Shown here one piece after another: positions 20,138 through 29,491 of a stretch of 64,000 nucleotides of DNA. The notes beneath the pieces were generated by a model. It was not told the DNA's origin, did not search any database, and worked only from the letters and a program-made list of their open reading frames with translations. Where the stretch lies: assembly GCA_963704165.1 (NCBI GenBank), contig CAVPHD010000001.1, forward strand, positions 416,001-480,000. The letters are read 5' to 3'. The stretch comes from an uncultured delta proteobacterium (GTDB taxonomy: Bacteria; Myxococcota_A; UBA9160; SZUA-336). The translations under genes were made by a program, and so were the position numbers. How positions within the stretch are numbered: the stretch's first letter is position 1; each line of letters starts with the position of its first letter.

Positions 20138-20977
20138 ATGTCCAACCCCGCGCGCGGAAACTCCGTCGTCGGCGTCGATGCGGGCGCGAGCCTCTGCAAG
20201 CTCGTCATGCCCCGCGATTCCGAGTTTCTCGCCGTGAAGTTCCCCGCGTCCGACCTGCACGGCGTGCGCACCTGCCTCGCGGAGTGGAAGCCGCAGCGCG
20301 TGATCGCGACCGGGGGTGGCGCCGCCAGGCTCGAGCGCGAGTTCACGAACCTGCGCGTGCACACCGTGCCCGAATTCGTCGCGTGGGCACGCGGAGCGCC
20401 ACTTCTCGCCGCACGCGAGGGACTCGACCTGCCTCCCCACTACCTTGTGGTCTCGCTCGGGACGGGAACCTCGGTCCTGTCGCTCGAGCGCGGCTCCGCG
20501 ACGCGCGTGGGCGGCAGCGCGCTCGGCGGCGGAACGTTGCTCGGACTGGGCCGATTGCTGCTCGGTGTGGAAACGTTCGAAGAGATCTGTGCGCTCGCGA
20601 CGCGTGGAGACCGACGACGCGTGGATCTCCTGGTCGGTGACATCTATCCGGGTGGAGAGATCCCCCTGCCCCTCGATCTGAACGCGGCCAGCTTCGCCAA
20701 GCTCGACTCGCGCGACCCCGCCGACATCGCGCACGCGTTGATGGGCATGCTCGGTGAGAACATCGCGCTGATCTGCGGCACGCTCGCGCGCAGTCACTCG
20801 GCGCAGGCGGTGGTCTACTGCGGCTCGACGCTGCTCCACAACCCGGAGCTGCGCGAGATCCTGCGCTGGGTCACCGAAGCGTACGGCGCGAAGCCGTACT
20901 TCCTGGCTCACGGGGCGTACTGCGGTGCCTACGGAGCAGCCTCGCTCGCGGACGAGATCCCGGCCCATTCAGCCTAG
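20138..20977 (+). CDS. Type II (Fumble/CoaW-like) pantothenate kinase
   Basis: GVDAGASLCK, ATGGGA, EF.AW..G, SLGTGTS, RVGGSALGGGTLLGL, GD...VDLLVGDIY, ASFAK, GAYGA. Confidence 0.8.
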   Translation: MSNPARGNSVVGVDAGASLCKLVMPRDSEFLAVKFPASDLHGVRTCLAEWKPQRVIATGGGAARLEREFTNLRVHTVPEFVAWARGAPLLAAREGLDLPPHYLVVSLGTGTSVLSLERGSATRVGGSALGGGTLLGLGRLLLGVETFEEICALATRGDRRRVDLLVGDIYPGGEIPLPLDLNAASFAKLDSRDPADIAHALMGMLGENIALICGTLARSHSAQAVVYCGSTLLHNPELREILRWVTEAYGAKPYFLAHGAYCGAYGAASLADEIPAHSA

Positions 20978-22005
20978 TCCGGGCCCTCGCGCCGGCGCTC
21001 GAGCCGGTGCAGACGGTCGCGGAGGGTCTTGAGTTCCTCGTTGGCCTGCACGAGCCGCTGCTCGAGGTCGAGCCGAGCGCGCACCTCGTCGTCGACGCGT
21101 CTCTCGAGCAGCACCTCGGGATCGCCAACCGCGAGGATTTCGGCGGGAGTGATCTCGTCCATTCGGGCGCGGGCGAGCTCGGCCTCCTCCGCCACCTCCT
21201 CCGGGGAGAACCCCGAGAGCGATGGCACCGCTCGCTTTCTCCGCGACCACGCGATCGCGGTCACCGCTCCAATCAGAAGCATGAGCCCGATCACGAAGAC
21301 GAGCATGATGTCGGTCGGCATGAACGGGCGCGCGCTGTCGGCGGCGGGGACGGCGGACGGTTCTCGCTTCGCGGGTGCCGGTGCGGGCGGCGCGGCCGCG
21401 GGCTCGGGCGCGGCCTCGGCACCGGCATCGGCTTCGGCTTCGGCTTCGAGCACCGGCGCTTCGGGTTGTGACATCGGCTCGACGGCGGGTGCCGGTGTCG
21501 GCGCGGCGGTCGGCGCGGGTGCAGATTCGGGTTCGGGCGCGACCACGAGCGGGCCGAGCGTCGTGGCGGGCTCGAGCGCGCGAGATCCAGCCGGCGCCTC
21601 GAATGGCTCGGGTCCGGGTGGGGCGAAATCGACCACGAGCCGAGGCGGATTCGTCAGCGTGTAGGCGCGCACGTTTCGCTCGCGAGGCTCGATCGCGATG
21701 TGCGTTCCGCCCTTCATCGCGGTGACGGAGACCGTGCCCACGTGCGGAAGACCGGTCGAGATCACGCGGCTCGATTGTTCGGGCGCGGCCGCGACGTAGA
21801 AGGTCTCTTCACCCGGTTCGGGGCCCTTCTCCCAGACGACCTCGGTCTCGCTGTCGAGCTCGATCACCAGACGCTCGAAGCCCGAATGTGCGCCGATGCG
21901 GACGTCGCGAATGCGACCCGGGGCACCGCCGTCGGCGAGCGAGGGCACGGGCGCAACGGCCAGCGCGGTGAACAACGGAAGTAGGATCGAAGCTGCGCGT
22001 CTCAT
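20974..22005 (-). CDS. Envelope protein with AMIN-like domains, Pro/Ala/Glu linker, TM helix and cytoplasmic coiled coil
   Basis: Signal peptide; VRIGAHSGFERLVIEL and YTLTNPPRLVVDF; C-terminal hydrophobic helix and heptad pattern. Confidence 0.6.
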   Translation of the reverse strand: MRRAASILLPLFTALAVAPVPSLADGGAPGRIRDVRIGAHSGFERLVIELDSETEVVWEKGPEPGEETFYVAAAPEQSSRVISTGLPHVGTVSVTAMKGGTHIAIEPRERNVRAYTLTNPPRLVVDFAPPGPEPFEAPAGSRALEPATTLGPLVVAPEPESAPAPTAAPTPAPAVEPMSQPEAPVLEAEAEADAGAEAAPEPAAAPPAPAPAKREPSAVPAADSARPFMPTDIMLVFVIGLMLLIGAVTAIAWSRRKRAVPSLSGFSPEEVAEEAELARARMDEITPAEILAVGDPEVLLERRVDDEVRARLDLEQRLVQANEELKTLRDRLHRLERRREGPD

Positions 22006-22097
22006 GCACGTCATCTGCCACCTCATGGATCGGCAAGTCACCCCGTAAACTATAGTGCGCCTATGGCGGGCGCTAACACGGGCTTCGGGGCTGGCGA

Positions 22098-23141
22098 TTG
22101 AATCCGGAACGAGTGGTGCTTCTGCTGACCGAGCTCGAGCGCGCCTTTCGCGAGCTCGATCCGCCGCGCATCGCCGAACTACGCCAGGCGGTGTCGGATC
22201 CGCTCGCTCGCCTCGAAGCCGCGCCTTCGCCGACGAGCGATACGAGTCCAGCCTCTGCCCGACTCGCGGAGGCCGTCGCGATCGCCACGCGCGCGGCGCA
22301 TCTTTTCTGCGATCCGGCGCAACCCGATCAGGCGATCGCGCGCTTCTTCGGGAGTCTGTCCGAGCACGCGCGCGCGCAGGCCGCGCTCTACGCGCTGCGG
22401 CGCGAGCACGAATCGATCGGGCGCTTCTTCGCGCTTCCCGAATTCCACGATCGGCTCGACGAGCTCGATCCACCATCCGCCGATCCCGCGCACGTCGGTC
22501 TCTTCGAAACGGGAAGCTCCGCCGGAAACAGCCGCGGCACCGCGTTCTACGTGCCGGAGCGCTACGACTCGAGCCGTGCCTGGCCACTCGTGATCGCGCT
22601 TCACGGTGGTGGCGGGAACGGACGCGACTTCCTCTGGACCTGGCTTCGAGAGGCGCGCAGTCGCGGCTATCTGCTGCTCGCGCCGAGCTCTCAGGGGAGC
22701 ACGTGGAGCTTTCTCGGACCCGACGTCGATTCCGTCCGGTTGCGCGGGCTGCTCGACGGACTTTCCGAGCGTTGGAGGATCGACCGGACCCGCGTGCTCG
22801 TGACCGGTCTCTCCGACGGCGCGACCTACGCGCTCTACTTCGGCCTCTCGGCCGACGCCCCCGTCACCGCGATCGCACCGGGGGCCGGGATCCTGCACCC
22901 CGCGAATCTCCAGAACGGAAATCTCGAACGCGCGCGCGCGGTGCCGATCTACCTGATGCACGGCGCACGCGACTGGATGTTCCCGGTCCAGCTCGCTCGC
23001 GTCGCGCGCGATCTGCTCGAGCGCGCGGGCGCTCGGCTCGTGTACCGGGAGATCGCCGATCTCTCTCACGCGTGGCCGCGTGAGGAGAACGTGCGAATTC
23101 TCGATTGGTTCGCGCAATTGCATCTGCCGACGACGACGTGA
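22098..23141 (+). CDS. Phospholipase/carboxylesterase family alpha/beta hydrolase
   Basis: PLVIALHGGGG, GLSDG nucleophile, HGARD, LSH motifs; start uncertain. Confidence 0.8.
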   Translation: MNPERVVLLLTELERAFRELDPPRIAELRQAVSDPLARLEAAPSPTSDTSPASARLAEAVAIATRAAHLFCDPAQPDQAIARFFGSLSEHARAQAALYALRREHESIGRFFALPEFHDRLDELDPPSADPAHVGLFETGSSAGNSRGTAFYVPERYDSSRAWPLVIALHGGGGNGRDFLWTWLREARSRGYLLLAPSSQGSTWSFLGPDVDSVRLRGLLDGLSERWRIDRTRVLVTGLSDGATYALYFGLSADAPVTAIAPGAGILHPANLQNGNLERARAVPIYLMHGARDWMFPVQLARVARDLLERAGARLVYREIADLSHAWPREENVRILDWFAQLHLPTTT

Positions 23142-23159
23142 CACCATCGAATCCGGCCA

Positions 23160-24299
23160 ATGGCCGCGGAGGCGCTCGTGGGCTCGAAGGCATCGCTCTG
23201 TGATCTGCTCGGAATAGAAGTTCCCATCGTGCTCGCCGGCATGGGCGGTGCGTGCACGCCCGCGCTCGCGGCGGCGGTCTCGAATGCCGGAGGGCTCGGC
23301 ATCCTCGGCGCGGCTGCGTGTCAGCCCGACGAGCTTCGCAAATGGATCGCCGAGACACGCCGTCTCACCGACAAGCCGTTCGGCGTCGATACGCTGCTTC
23401 CCGCGTCGGTGCGGCGTCAGAAGTCCGACCCGGCGAAGGGACCGTCCCCGCTCGATCGGCTCGCGCAGCTGCAGAAGTTCGCGCGCGAGTTCATGGAGAA
23501 AGAAGGGCTCGCGGTGCCCGCAGCGCTGGCCTCGCCGGTCACCGGAGGTGACAACTCCGCGCGACAGGTGTTCTCGAAGGATTTCTTCGAAGCGCAGATG
23601 GAGGTCGTGATCGAGGAGCGCGTTCCGGTGTATGCCGCGGGACTCGGTGATCCGGGTCCGTGGATCCCGCGCCTGCGCAAGAACGGGACGATCGTGATGG
23701 CGGTGATCGGCGCCGTCCGCCACGCGCGCAGGGTCGCGGAGAGCGGCGTCGACATCATCGTCGCGCAGGGTCACGACGCCGGCGGCCACAACTCGCCGAT
23801 CGGCACGATGGCGCTCATCCCGCAGGTCGTGGATGCGGTCGCTCCGATTCCGGTTCTCGGCGCGGGTGGCATCACCGACGGCCGAGGGTTGGCCGCGGCC
23901 TTGATGCTCGGTGCCGCCGGTGCCTGGATCGGCTCGGCCTTTCTCGCGACCCACGAGGCGAACATCACCGACTACCAGAAGCAGGCGATCATCGACTCCA
24001 ACGAAGAGAACACGACCGTCTCGCGCTGCGTCACGGGCAAACCCGCGCGCCTGATCCGCACCAAGTGGACCCAGGCCTGGGCGGAGAGCGGTCTCGAGGC
24101 GCTGCCCATGCCCTTCCAGAGCATCGTCTCGGGCCCGGTGCTGGCGTCCGGGATGGTGTCCAGGCGCGCCGACATCGTCGCGGGGTTCGCCGGACAGGGC
24201 ATCGGCATGATCCGATCGATCCGACCCGCGGCCGAGGTACTGCGCGAGATCGTCGAGGGCGCGCGACAGGCGCTCGGTCACGCCGGAGAGGCGCTCTAG
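23160..24299 (+). CDS. Nitronate monooxygenase/FabK family flavoprotein
   Basis: PIVLAGMGG, LAAAVSNAGGLGIL, AQGHDAGGH, AGGI.DGRG, GSAFLAT.E, AGQG. Confidence 0.9.
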   Translation: MAAEALVGSKASLCDLLGIEVPIVLAGMGGACTPALAAAVSNAGGLGILGAAACQPDELRKWIAETRRLTDKPFGVDTLLPASVRRQKSDPAKGPSPLDRLAQLQKFAREFMEKEGLAVPAALASPVTGGDNSARQVFSKDFFEAQMEVVIEERVPVYAAGLGDPGPWIPRLRKNGTIVMAVIGAVRHARRVAESGVDIIVAQGHDAGGHNSPIGTMALIPQVVDAVAPIPVLGAGGITDGRGLAAALMLGAAGAWIGSAFLATHEANITDYQKQAIIDSNEENTTVSRCVTGKPARLIRTKWTQAWAESGLEALPMPFQSIVSGPVLASGMVSRRADIVAGFAGQGIGMIRSIRPAAEVLREIVEGARQALGHAGEAL

Positions 24300-24315
24300 C
24301 CGAGTACCGCTCTGG

Positions 24316-24343
24316 TTGACCCTCCCCCGGAAACAGGTAAAGT
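24316..24343 (+). promoter_or_regulatory. Putative sigma70 promoter of rplU (TTGACC-N16-TAAAGT)
   Basis: -35/-10 match ending 10 nt before the rplU ATG. Confidence 0.5.
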
Positions 24344-24353
24344 GCGGCACCCC

Positions 24354-24662
24354 ATGTACGCGGTCGTGAGAACAGGTGGAAAGCAGGTCCGGGTCCAGCC
24401 GGGCGATCTGGTCGATCTCGACCTGATCGACGGAGAGCCCGGTCAACGCGTCGAGCTCGCCGAAGTCCTCATGATCGGCGGCGACGAGATCAAGGTCGGC
24501 CAGCCACTGGTGGTGGGAGCGCGCGTCGTCGCGACCATCCAGGGCGAGACCTCGGGTCCGAAGCTGCGCATCTTCAAGTTCAAGCGGCGCAAGCGCTATC
24601 GCCTGACGAAGGGGCACCGCCAGCACTTCACGCGCGTGAAGATCGACTCGATCGAGGTCTGA
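24354..24662 (+). CDS. rplU: 50S ribosomal protein L21
   Basis: [11 protein letters not shown]...FKFKRRKRY....GHRQ. Confidence 0.97.
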   Translation: MYAVVRTGGKQVRVQPGDLVDLDLIDGEPGQRVELAEVLMIGGDEIKVGQPLVVGARVVATIQGETSGPKLRIFKFKRRKRYRLTKGHRQHFTRVKIDSIEV

Positions 24663-24664
24663 CG

Positions 24665-24916
24665 ATGGCTCACAAGAAGGGTCAGGGCAGCACGCAGAAC
24701 GGCCGCGACAGCAACTCGCAGCGCCGCGGCACCAAGGTCTATGCCGGCCAGGCGATCCGCGCGGGCGGCATCATCGTCCGGCAGGTCGGCTCGGTGATCC
24801 ATCCGGGCCGGGGTGTGGGAATGGGTCGCGACTTCACGCTCTTCGCGCTGCGCGACGGGATCGTGAAGTTCTCCGACAGCCGGAATCAGAAGCGCGCCAG
24901 CGTGGTCGACGCCTAG
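24665..24916 (+). CDS. rpmA: 50S ribosomal protein L27
   Basis: [16 protein letters not shown]...GGIIVRQ...GRDFTLFAL. Confidence 0.97.
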   Translation: MAHKKGQGSTQNGRDSNSQRRGTKVYAGQAIRAGGIIVRQVGSVIHPGRGVGMGRDFTLFALRDGIVKFSDSRNQKRASVVDA

Positions 24917-24963
24917 CCTTCGAATCCGTCCCTCGGGACGGGCACCGGCTATCATCGGCGGTC

Positions 24964-25986
24964 ATGTCGTCCCCGGACTTCATCGACGAGTGCCGCATCC
25001 ACGTGAAGAGCGGCGATGGCGGGCGCGGCTGCTGTTCGTTCTGGCGTGAGAAGTACGTGCCGCGCGGCGGGCCCGACGGCGGCACCGGCGGGCGCGGGGG
25101 CTCGGTGAGTCTCGAGGCGGACAACTCGCTCGCGACGCTGCTCGACACCCACGGCCGCAAGTTCTACAAGGCCGAGCGCGGCAAGCACGGCTCGGGCGGA
25201 CGCAAGGACGGCCGCGGCGGCGAGGATGTCGTGGTCCGCGTGCCGCTTGGCACGGTCGTCAAGGACGACACGACGCGCGAGGTGCTCGTCGAGCTCGTCG
25301 AGCACGGCCAGACCTGGCTCGCGGCCCAGGGCGGTCGCGGCGGACGCGGCAACGCCTGCTTCGCCACACCGACCAACCAGGCCCCGATCACCGTCGAACC
25401 GGGCACCCCGGGCGAGGAGCGCTGGCTCCGGCTCGAGCTGAAGGTGCTGGCGGACGTCGGCCTGCTCGGTTTTCCGAACGCGGGGAAGTCGACGCTGATC
25501 TCGCGCGTCTCGGCGGCCCGACCCAAGGTCGCGAGCTACCCGTTCACGACGCTCCATCCGCACCTGGGCATGGTCGAATCCGGCGGGGCGCGCTTCGTGA
25601 TCGCCGACATCCCCGGTCTGATCCCCGGCGCGCATCGAGGCGCCGGGCTCGGACATCGCTTCCTGCGCCACGTCGAGCGCACGCGCATGCTCGTGCACCT
25701 GCTCGACCCGGAGCCGGCGCTCGCGGGCGGCGATCCGAACCGCAGTCTCTTTGGCGACTACGCCGCGCTGCGCGCGGAGCTCGCGGCCTACTCCGACGAC
25801 CTCGCGAATCGCCCCGAGATCGTCTGCATTTCGAAGGCGGACCTGGTCGCCGACGCGGACGAGCGCAAGATGATCGCGGAGGAGCTGCGCGCGCGTGGCC
25901 TGGAGCCGACCTGGATCTCGGCCGCGACCGGTGAGGGGGTCGAAGCGCTCGTTCAGCGGCTCGCGCGCGAAGTATCGCGGAGATGA
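24964..25986 (+). CDS. obgE: GTPase ObgE/CgtA
   Basis: Gly-rich Obg domain, ADVGLLGFPNAGKSTL, YPFTTL, DIPGLI, GLGHRFLRHVER. Confidence 0.97.
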   Translation: MSSPDFIDECRIHVKSGDGGRGCCSFWREKYVPRGGPDGGTGGRGGSVSLEADNSLATLLDTHGRKFYKAERGKHGSGGRKDGRGGEDVVVRVPLGTVVKDDTTREVLVELVEHGQTWLAAQGGRGGRGNACFATPTNQAPITVEPGTPGEERWLRLELKVLADVGLLGFPNAGKSTLISRVSAARPKVASYPFTTLHPHLGMVESGGARFVIADIPGLIPGAHRGAGLGHRFLRHVERTRMLVHLLDPEPALAGGDPNRSLFGDYAALRAELAAYSDDLANRPEIVCISKADLVADADERKMIAEELRARGLEPTWISAATGEGVEALVQRLAREVSRR

Positions 25987-27101
25987 GCCGGCGCGACCTC
26001 GCGCGCGCGCAGCGCATCGTGGTGAAGGTCGGCACCGCGCTGATGACACCGGCCGGCAACGCCGTTCAGTCGCGGCTGTTCGCATCGCTCGCGAATCAGA
26101 TCGCCGCGGAAATCGCGACCCAGCGCGAGATCGTTCTCGTCGCGTCGGGCGCGGTCGGACTCGGCACGCGGCGGCTCGGGCTTGCGCAGCGCCCGCGTTC
26201 GATTCCCGGCAAGCAGGCCGCCGCCGCCGTCGGCCAGATCGATCTGTGCCGACGCTTCGAGCGGGCGTTCGCGCGCAAGGGCCTGCTCGTCGGTCAGATG
26301 CTGCTCGACCACGCCGGCTTCGCGGATCGCGAGCGCTTCCTGAACGCACGGCGAACGCTCGCGCAACTGCTCGCCGATGGCGTCGTGCCGATCATCAACG
26401 AGAACGATTCGGTCGCGACCGAGGAGCTCCGCTTCGGCGACAACGATCAGCTCGCCGCGCAGGTCGTGAACACCTGTGGCGCGGATCTCCTGATCCTGCT
26501 GACGGACATCGACGGGCTCCACGATCGCGATCCGCGCACGCCGGGCGCGGAGCGCGTTTCACTGGTGACCGAGGTGACCTCGAAGATCCTCGCGACCGCG
26601 GGCGAAGAGGGCAGCGCGATGAGCACGGGAGGCATGCGCTCCAAGCTTCTGGCCGCGCGCGCAGCGAGCCGCTTCGGGGTGCCGACCGTGATCGCCGATG
26701 GCCGCGCCCGAAACGTGCTCCGCCGGATCCTCTCCGGCGAGGACATCGGCACGCTCGTTCAGCCCGCCGGGAAGTCGCTCTCCTCGCGCAAACACTGGAT
26801 CGCCTTCACGCTCAAGCCCCGCGGTCAGCTCTCGCTCGACGCGGGCGCGGTGCGCGCGCTGCGCGAGCGAAGTGCGAGCCTGCTCCCGGCCGGCGTGACG
26901 GAGGTCTCGGGGCGCTTCGGCATCGGCGACCTCGTCGCCTGTCTGACTCCCGACGGAGAGGAGATCGCGCGCGGGCTGGTGTCCTACGACGCGCGCGAGA
27001 TCGCGCGCATACGGGGTCAGAAGACCTCCCGCATCGAGACCGTTCTCGGCTACTCGAACGGGGACGAGATCATCCACCGCGACAACCTGATCGTGTTCTA
27101 G
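25983..27101 (+). CDS. proB: Glutamate 5-kinase
   Basis: VVKVGT, SGAV, AAAVGQ, NEND, FGDND, TGGM.SK; C-terminal PUA domain. Confidence 0.96.
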   Translation: MSRRDLARAQRIVVKVGTALMTPAGNAVQSRLFASLANQIAAEIATQREIVLVASGAVGLGTRRLGLAQRPRSIPGKQAAAAVGQIDLCRRFERAFARKGLLVGQMLLDHAGFADRERFLNARRTLAQLLADGVVPIINENDSVATEELRFGDNDQLAAQVVNTCGADLLILLTDIDGLHDRDPRTPGAERVSLVTEVTSKILATAGEEGSAMSTGGMRSKLLAARAASRFGVPTVIADGRARNVLRRILSGEDIGTLVQPAGKSLSSRKHWIAFTLKPRGQLSLDAGAVRALRERSASLLPAGVTEVSGRFGIGDLVACLTPDGEEIARGLVSYDAREIARIRGQKTSRIETVLGYSNGDEIIHRDNLIVF

Positions 27102-27234
27102 ACGAGGCACCTCGGGCACGGCTCGGGCTGGGGTGGGCCGTGGGAGAAGAGGTTCGGGTCAGTTGCCGGTCGGCTTCGCCCGCTCTGCCGACCCTTCGCC
27201 CGAAGCGCCCGGATGCCGCTAAGATAGAGGCGAG

Positions 27235-28491
27235 ATGAGCGATTTGAAGCTCGTTACGGACCTGACGCACCGCGCCAAGGCGGCTTCGGAGCGGGTGGCG
27301 GAGCTCGCGAGCGACGTGAAGGACGTGGCTCTCCGGCTCGCCGCCGATCGCCTCGAGGCGTGCGCTTCGGCGATCGTGAGCGCGAACGCGCGCGATCTCG
27401 AAGCCGGCCGCGCGCACGGGCTCGACCCGGCGCTGCTCGATCGGCTCGCGCTCGATCCCGACCGGATCGCGGCGATCGCGAACGGGCTGCGCGAAGTCGC
27501 GGCACTCCCCGACCCGGTCGGCGAGGTGACGCGGATGTGGAATCGGCCGAGCGGGTTGCAGGTCGGCCGGATGCGGATCCCGCTCGGCGTGATCCTGGTG
27601 ATCTACGAGTCGCGCCCGAACGTGACGGCCGACGTCGCGGCGCTGTGCCTGAAGAGCGGGAACGCGGCGATCCTGCGCGGCGGCTCCGAGGCGATCCACT
27701 CCAACCGCGCGATCGCCGACGTGCTTCGCGGCGCGATCCGCGAGGCCGGCGTCCCGGAGGACGCGCTTCAGCTCGTTCAGACGACCGAACGCGAGATCGT
27801 GGACCTCTTGCTCGTCCGCGAGGACGAGATCGATCTGGTGATCCCGCGCGGAGGCGAGAGCCTGATCCGACGCGTCGCGGAGAAATCGCGGATTCCGGTG
27901 ATCAAGCATTTCAACGGCATCTGTCACGTCTATCTCGACGAGTTCGCCGAGCCGAAGATGGCGCGAGAGATCACGCTCAACTCCAAGTGCCAGCGGGTCT
28001 CCGTGTGCAACGCGGCGGAGACACTCCTGGTGCATGCGAAGCTCGCGAAGACGCTGCTCTCCGACGTCCTCGGTGCACTCGCCTCGCACGGCGTCGAATT
28101 GCACGGCTGCGAGCGAACGCGCGCCGAGTTCCCATCGGCGCTTCCGGCGAGCGAGCAGGACTATCGCACCGAGTGGTTGGCGAAGACGATGTCGGTGCGC
28201 GTGGTCGATTCGATGGATCACGCGATCGACCACATCCGCCGCTACGGCTCGAATCACACCGAGACGATCGTGACGCAGGACGTGGCACGAGCGCGCGCGT
28301 TCCTGCGGCGCGTGAACTCGAGCTCGGTCTTCGTGAACGCGAGCACGCGCTTCGCGGACGGCTTTCAGCTCGGTCTGGGCGCCGAGGTCGGCGTCTCGAC
28401 GACGAAGATGCACTGGTATGGCCCGATGGGCCTGGAGGGACTCACCACGCAGAAGTTCATCGCGTTCGGTGAGGGAACGATCCTCGAGTGA
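27235..28491 (+). CDS. proA: Glutamate-5-semialdehyde dehydrogenase
   Basis: IYESRPNVT, LKSGNA.ILRGGSEA, IPRGG, CNAAETLLV, NASTRFADG. Confidence 0.96.
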   Translation: MSDLKLVTDLTHRAKAASERVAELASDVKDVALRLAADRLEACASAIVSANARDLEAGRAHGLDPALLDRLALDPDRIAAIANGLREVAALPDPVGEVTRMWNRPSGLQVGRMRIPLGVILVIYESRPNVTADVAALCLKSGNAAILRGGSEAIHSNRAIADVLRGAIREAGVPEDALQLVQTTEREIVDLLLVREDEIDLVIPRGGESLIRRVAEKSRIPVIKHFNGICHVYLDEFAEPKMAREITLNSKCQRVSVCNAAETLLVHAKLAKTLLSDVLGALASHGVELHGCERTRAEFPSALPASEQDYRTEWLAKTMSVRVVDSMDHAIDHIRRYGSNHTETIVTQDVARARAFLRRVNSSSVFVNASTRFADGFQLGLGAEVGVSTTKMHWYGPMGLEGLTTQKFIAFGEGTILE

Positions 28492-29132
28492 ACCTCGGCG
28501 TCCTCGGCGGTACGTTCAATCCGATTCACCTCGCGCATCTCCGGCTCGCCGAGGAGATGCGCGAGTCGCTTGCGCTCGAGCGGGTCCTGCTCGTGCCAGC
28601 CGGGGATCCACCGCTCAAGCACCGCGGGATCGCTCCCGCCGCACAGCGCCTCGAGATGGTGCGCCGGGCGAGCGCCACCAATCCCGCGCTCGAGACCTGT
28701 GATCTCGAAGTACGCCGCGCCGGACCGAGCTACAGCGTCGACACGCTCGCCGAGTTGCGCGCGCGGATGCCGTCGACCGCGCTCTGGTTCATCGTCGGCG
28801 CGGACACACTGCCCGATCTCGAGAAGTGGCACGATCCGGAGCGGCTCTTCTCGTTGGCCCACTTCGCGGTGGCGACGCGGCCCGGGCACCCGCAATCGCT
28901 TCGCGAGCTGCTCCCGGCTGCGCTCGCGCACGCGTTTCGGGACGGGCCGCGGGGACTCGTGCACACGTCCGGCAACGAGGTCCGCGCAATTCCGTTCACA
29001 CCGCTCGCGATCTCCGCGTCGGACATCCGACGGCGGGTCGCCCGCGGCGCGTCGATCCGGTATCTCGTCCCCGACGAGGTACTCGAATACGTCCGGAAGC
29101 ATCAACTCTATCGAGAGAAGGAAACCGATTGA
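28488..29132 (+). CDS. nadD: Nicotinate-nucleotide adenylyltransferase
   Basis: GGTFNPIHLAH, SYSVDTL, GAD, ISASDIR motifs. Confidence 0.95.
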   Translation: MNLGVLGGTFNPIHLAHLRLAEEMRESLALERVLLVPAGDPPLKHRGIAPAAQRLEMVRRASATNPALETCDLEVRRAGPSYSVDTLAELRARMPSTALWFIVGADTLPDLEKWHDPERLFSLAHFAVATRPGHPQSLRELLPAALAHAFRDGPRGLVHTSGNEVRAIPFTPLAISASDIRRRVARGASIRYLVPDEVLEYVRKHQLYREKETD

Positions 29133-29491
29133 CGTCAAAACAGATGGCTCTGCGGCTCGCCACGGCGATCGACGACAAGAAGGGCGCGGAGGTGCGGGTG
29201 CTCGACCTGCGCAACATCTGCGGATTCGCGGACTACTTCGTGCTCGCGACCGGAACCTCCGCGCGGCACGTCCGCGCGCTCGCGGACACGGTGATCGATG
29301 TCGCCACGATTTGCGGCGCGAAGCCGAGGGGCATCGAGGGAAAGCCGGTCGGCACGTGGGTGCTGGTCGATCTCGGCGATGTCGTGGTGCACGTCTTTCA
29401 GGAAGAGCAGCGCGAGTTCTTCGGACTCGAACGACTCTGGGGTGATGCCGAAGCTCTTTCCGTCGAGCATTCGGCCGGAGCCGCTTCGTGA
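29129..29491 (+). CDS. rsfS: Ribosome silencing factor
   Basis: DKKG..V.VLDL, DYFVLATG.S.RHV, WVLVDLGDVVVHVF, LERLW; TTG start overlapping the nadD stop. Confidence 0.93.
   Translation: MTSKQMALRLATAIDDKKGAEVRVLDLRNICGFADYFVLATGTSARHVRALADTVIDVATICGAKPRGIEGKPVGTWVLVDLGDVVVHVFQEEQREFFGLERLWGDAEALSVEHSAGAAS

Noticed and set aside
21370..21545. Low-complexity GGCTTC/GGCGC repeats
   Set aside because: Encode a Pro/Ala/Glu linker; no spacer structure, so not CRISPR
27102..27234. proB-proA intergenic region with hairpin GGTCGGC/GCCGACC as a riboswitch or T-box
   Set aside because: No T-box or known aptamer motif; a single short GC stem is expected by chance, and a -10 box right before proA explains the gap
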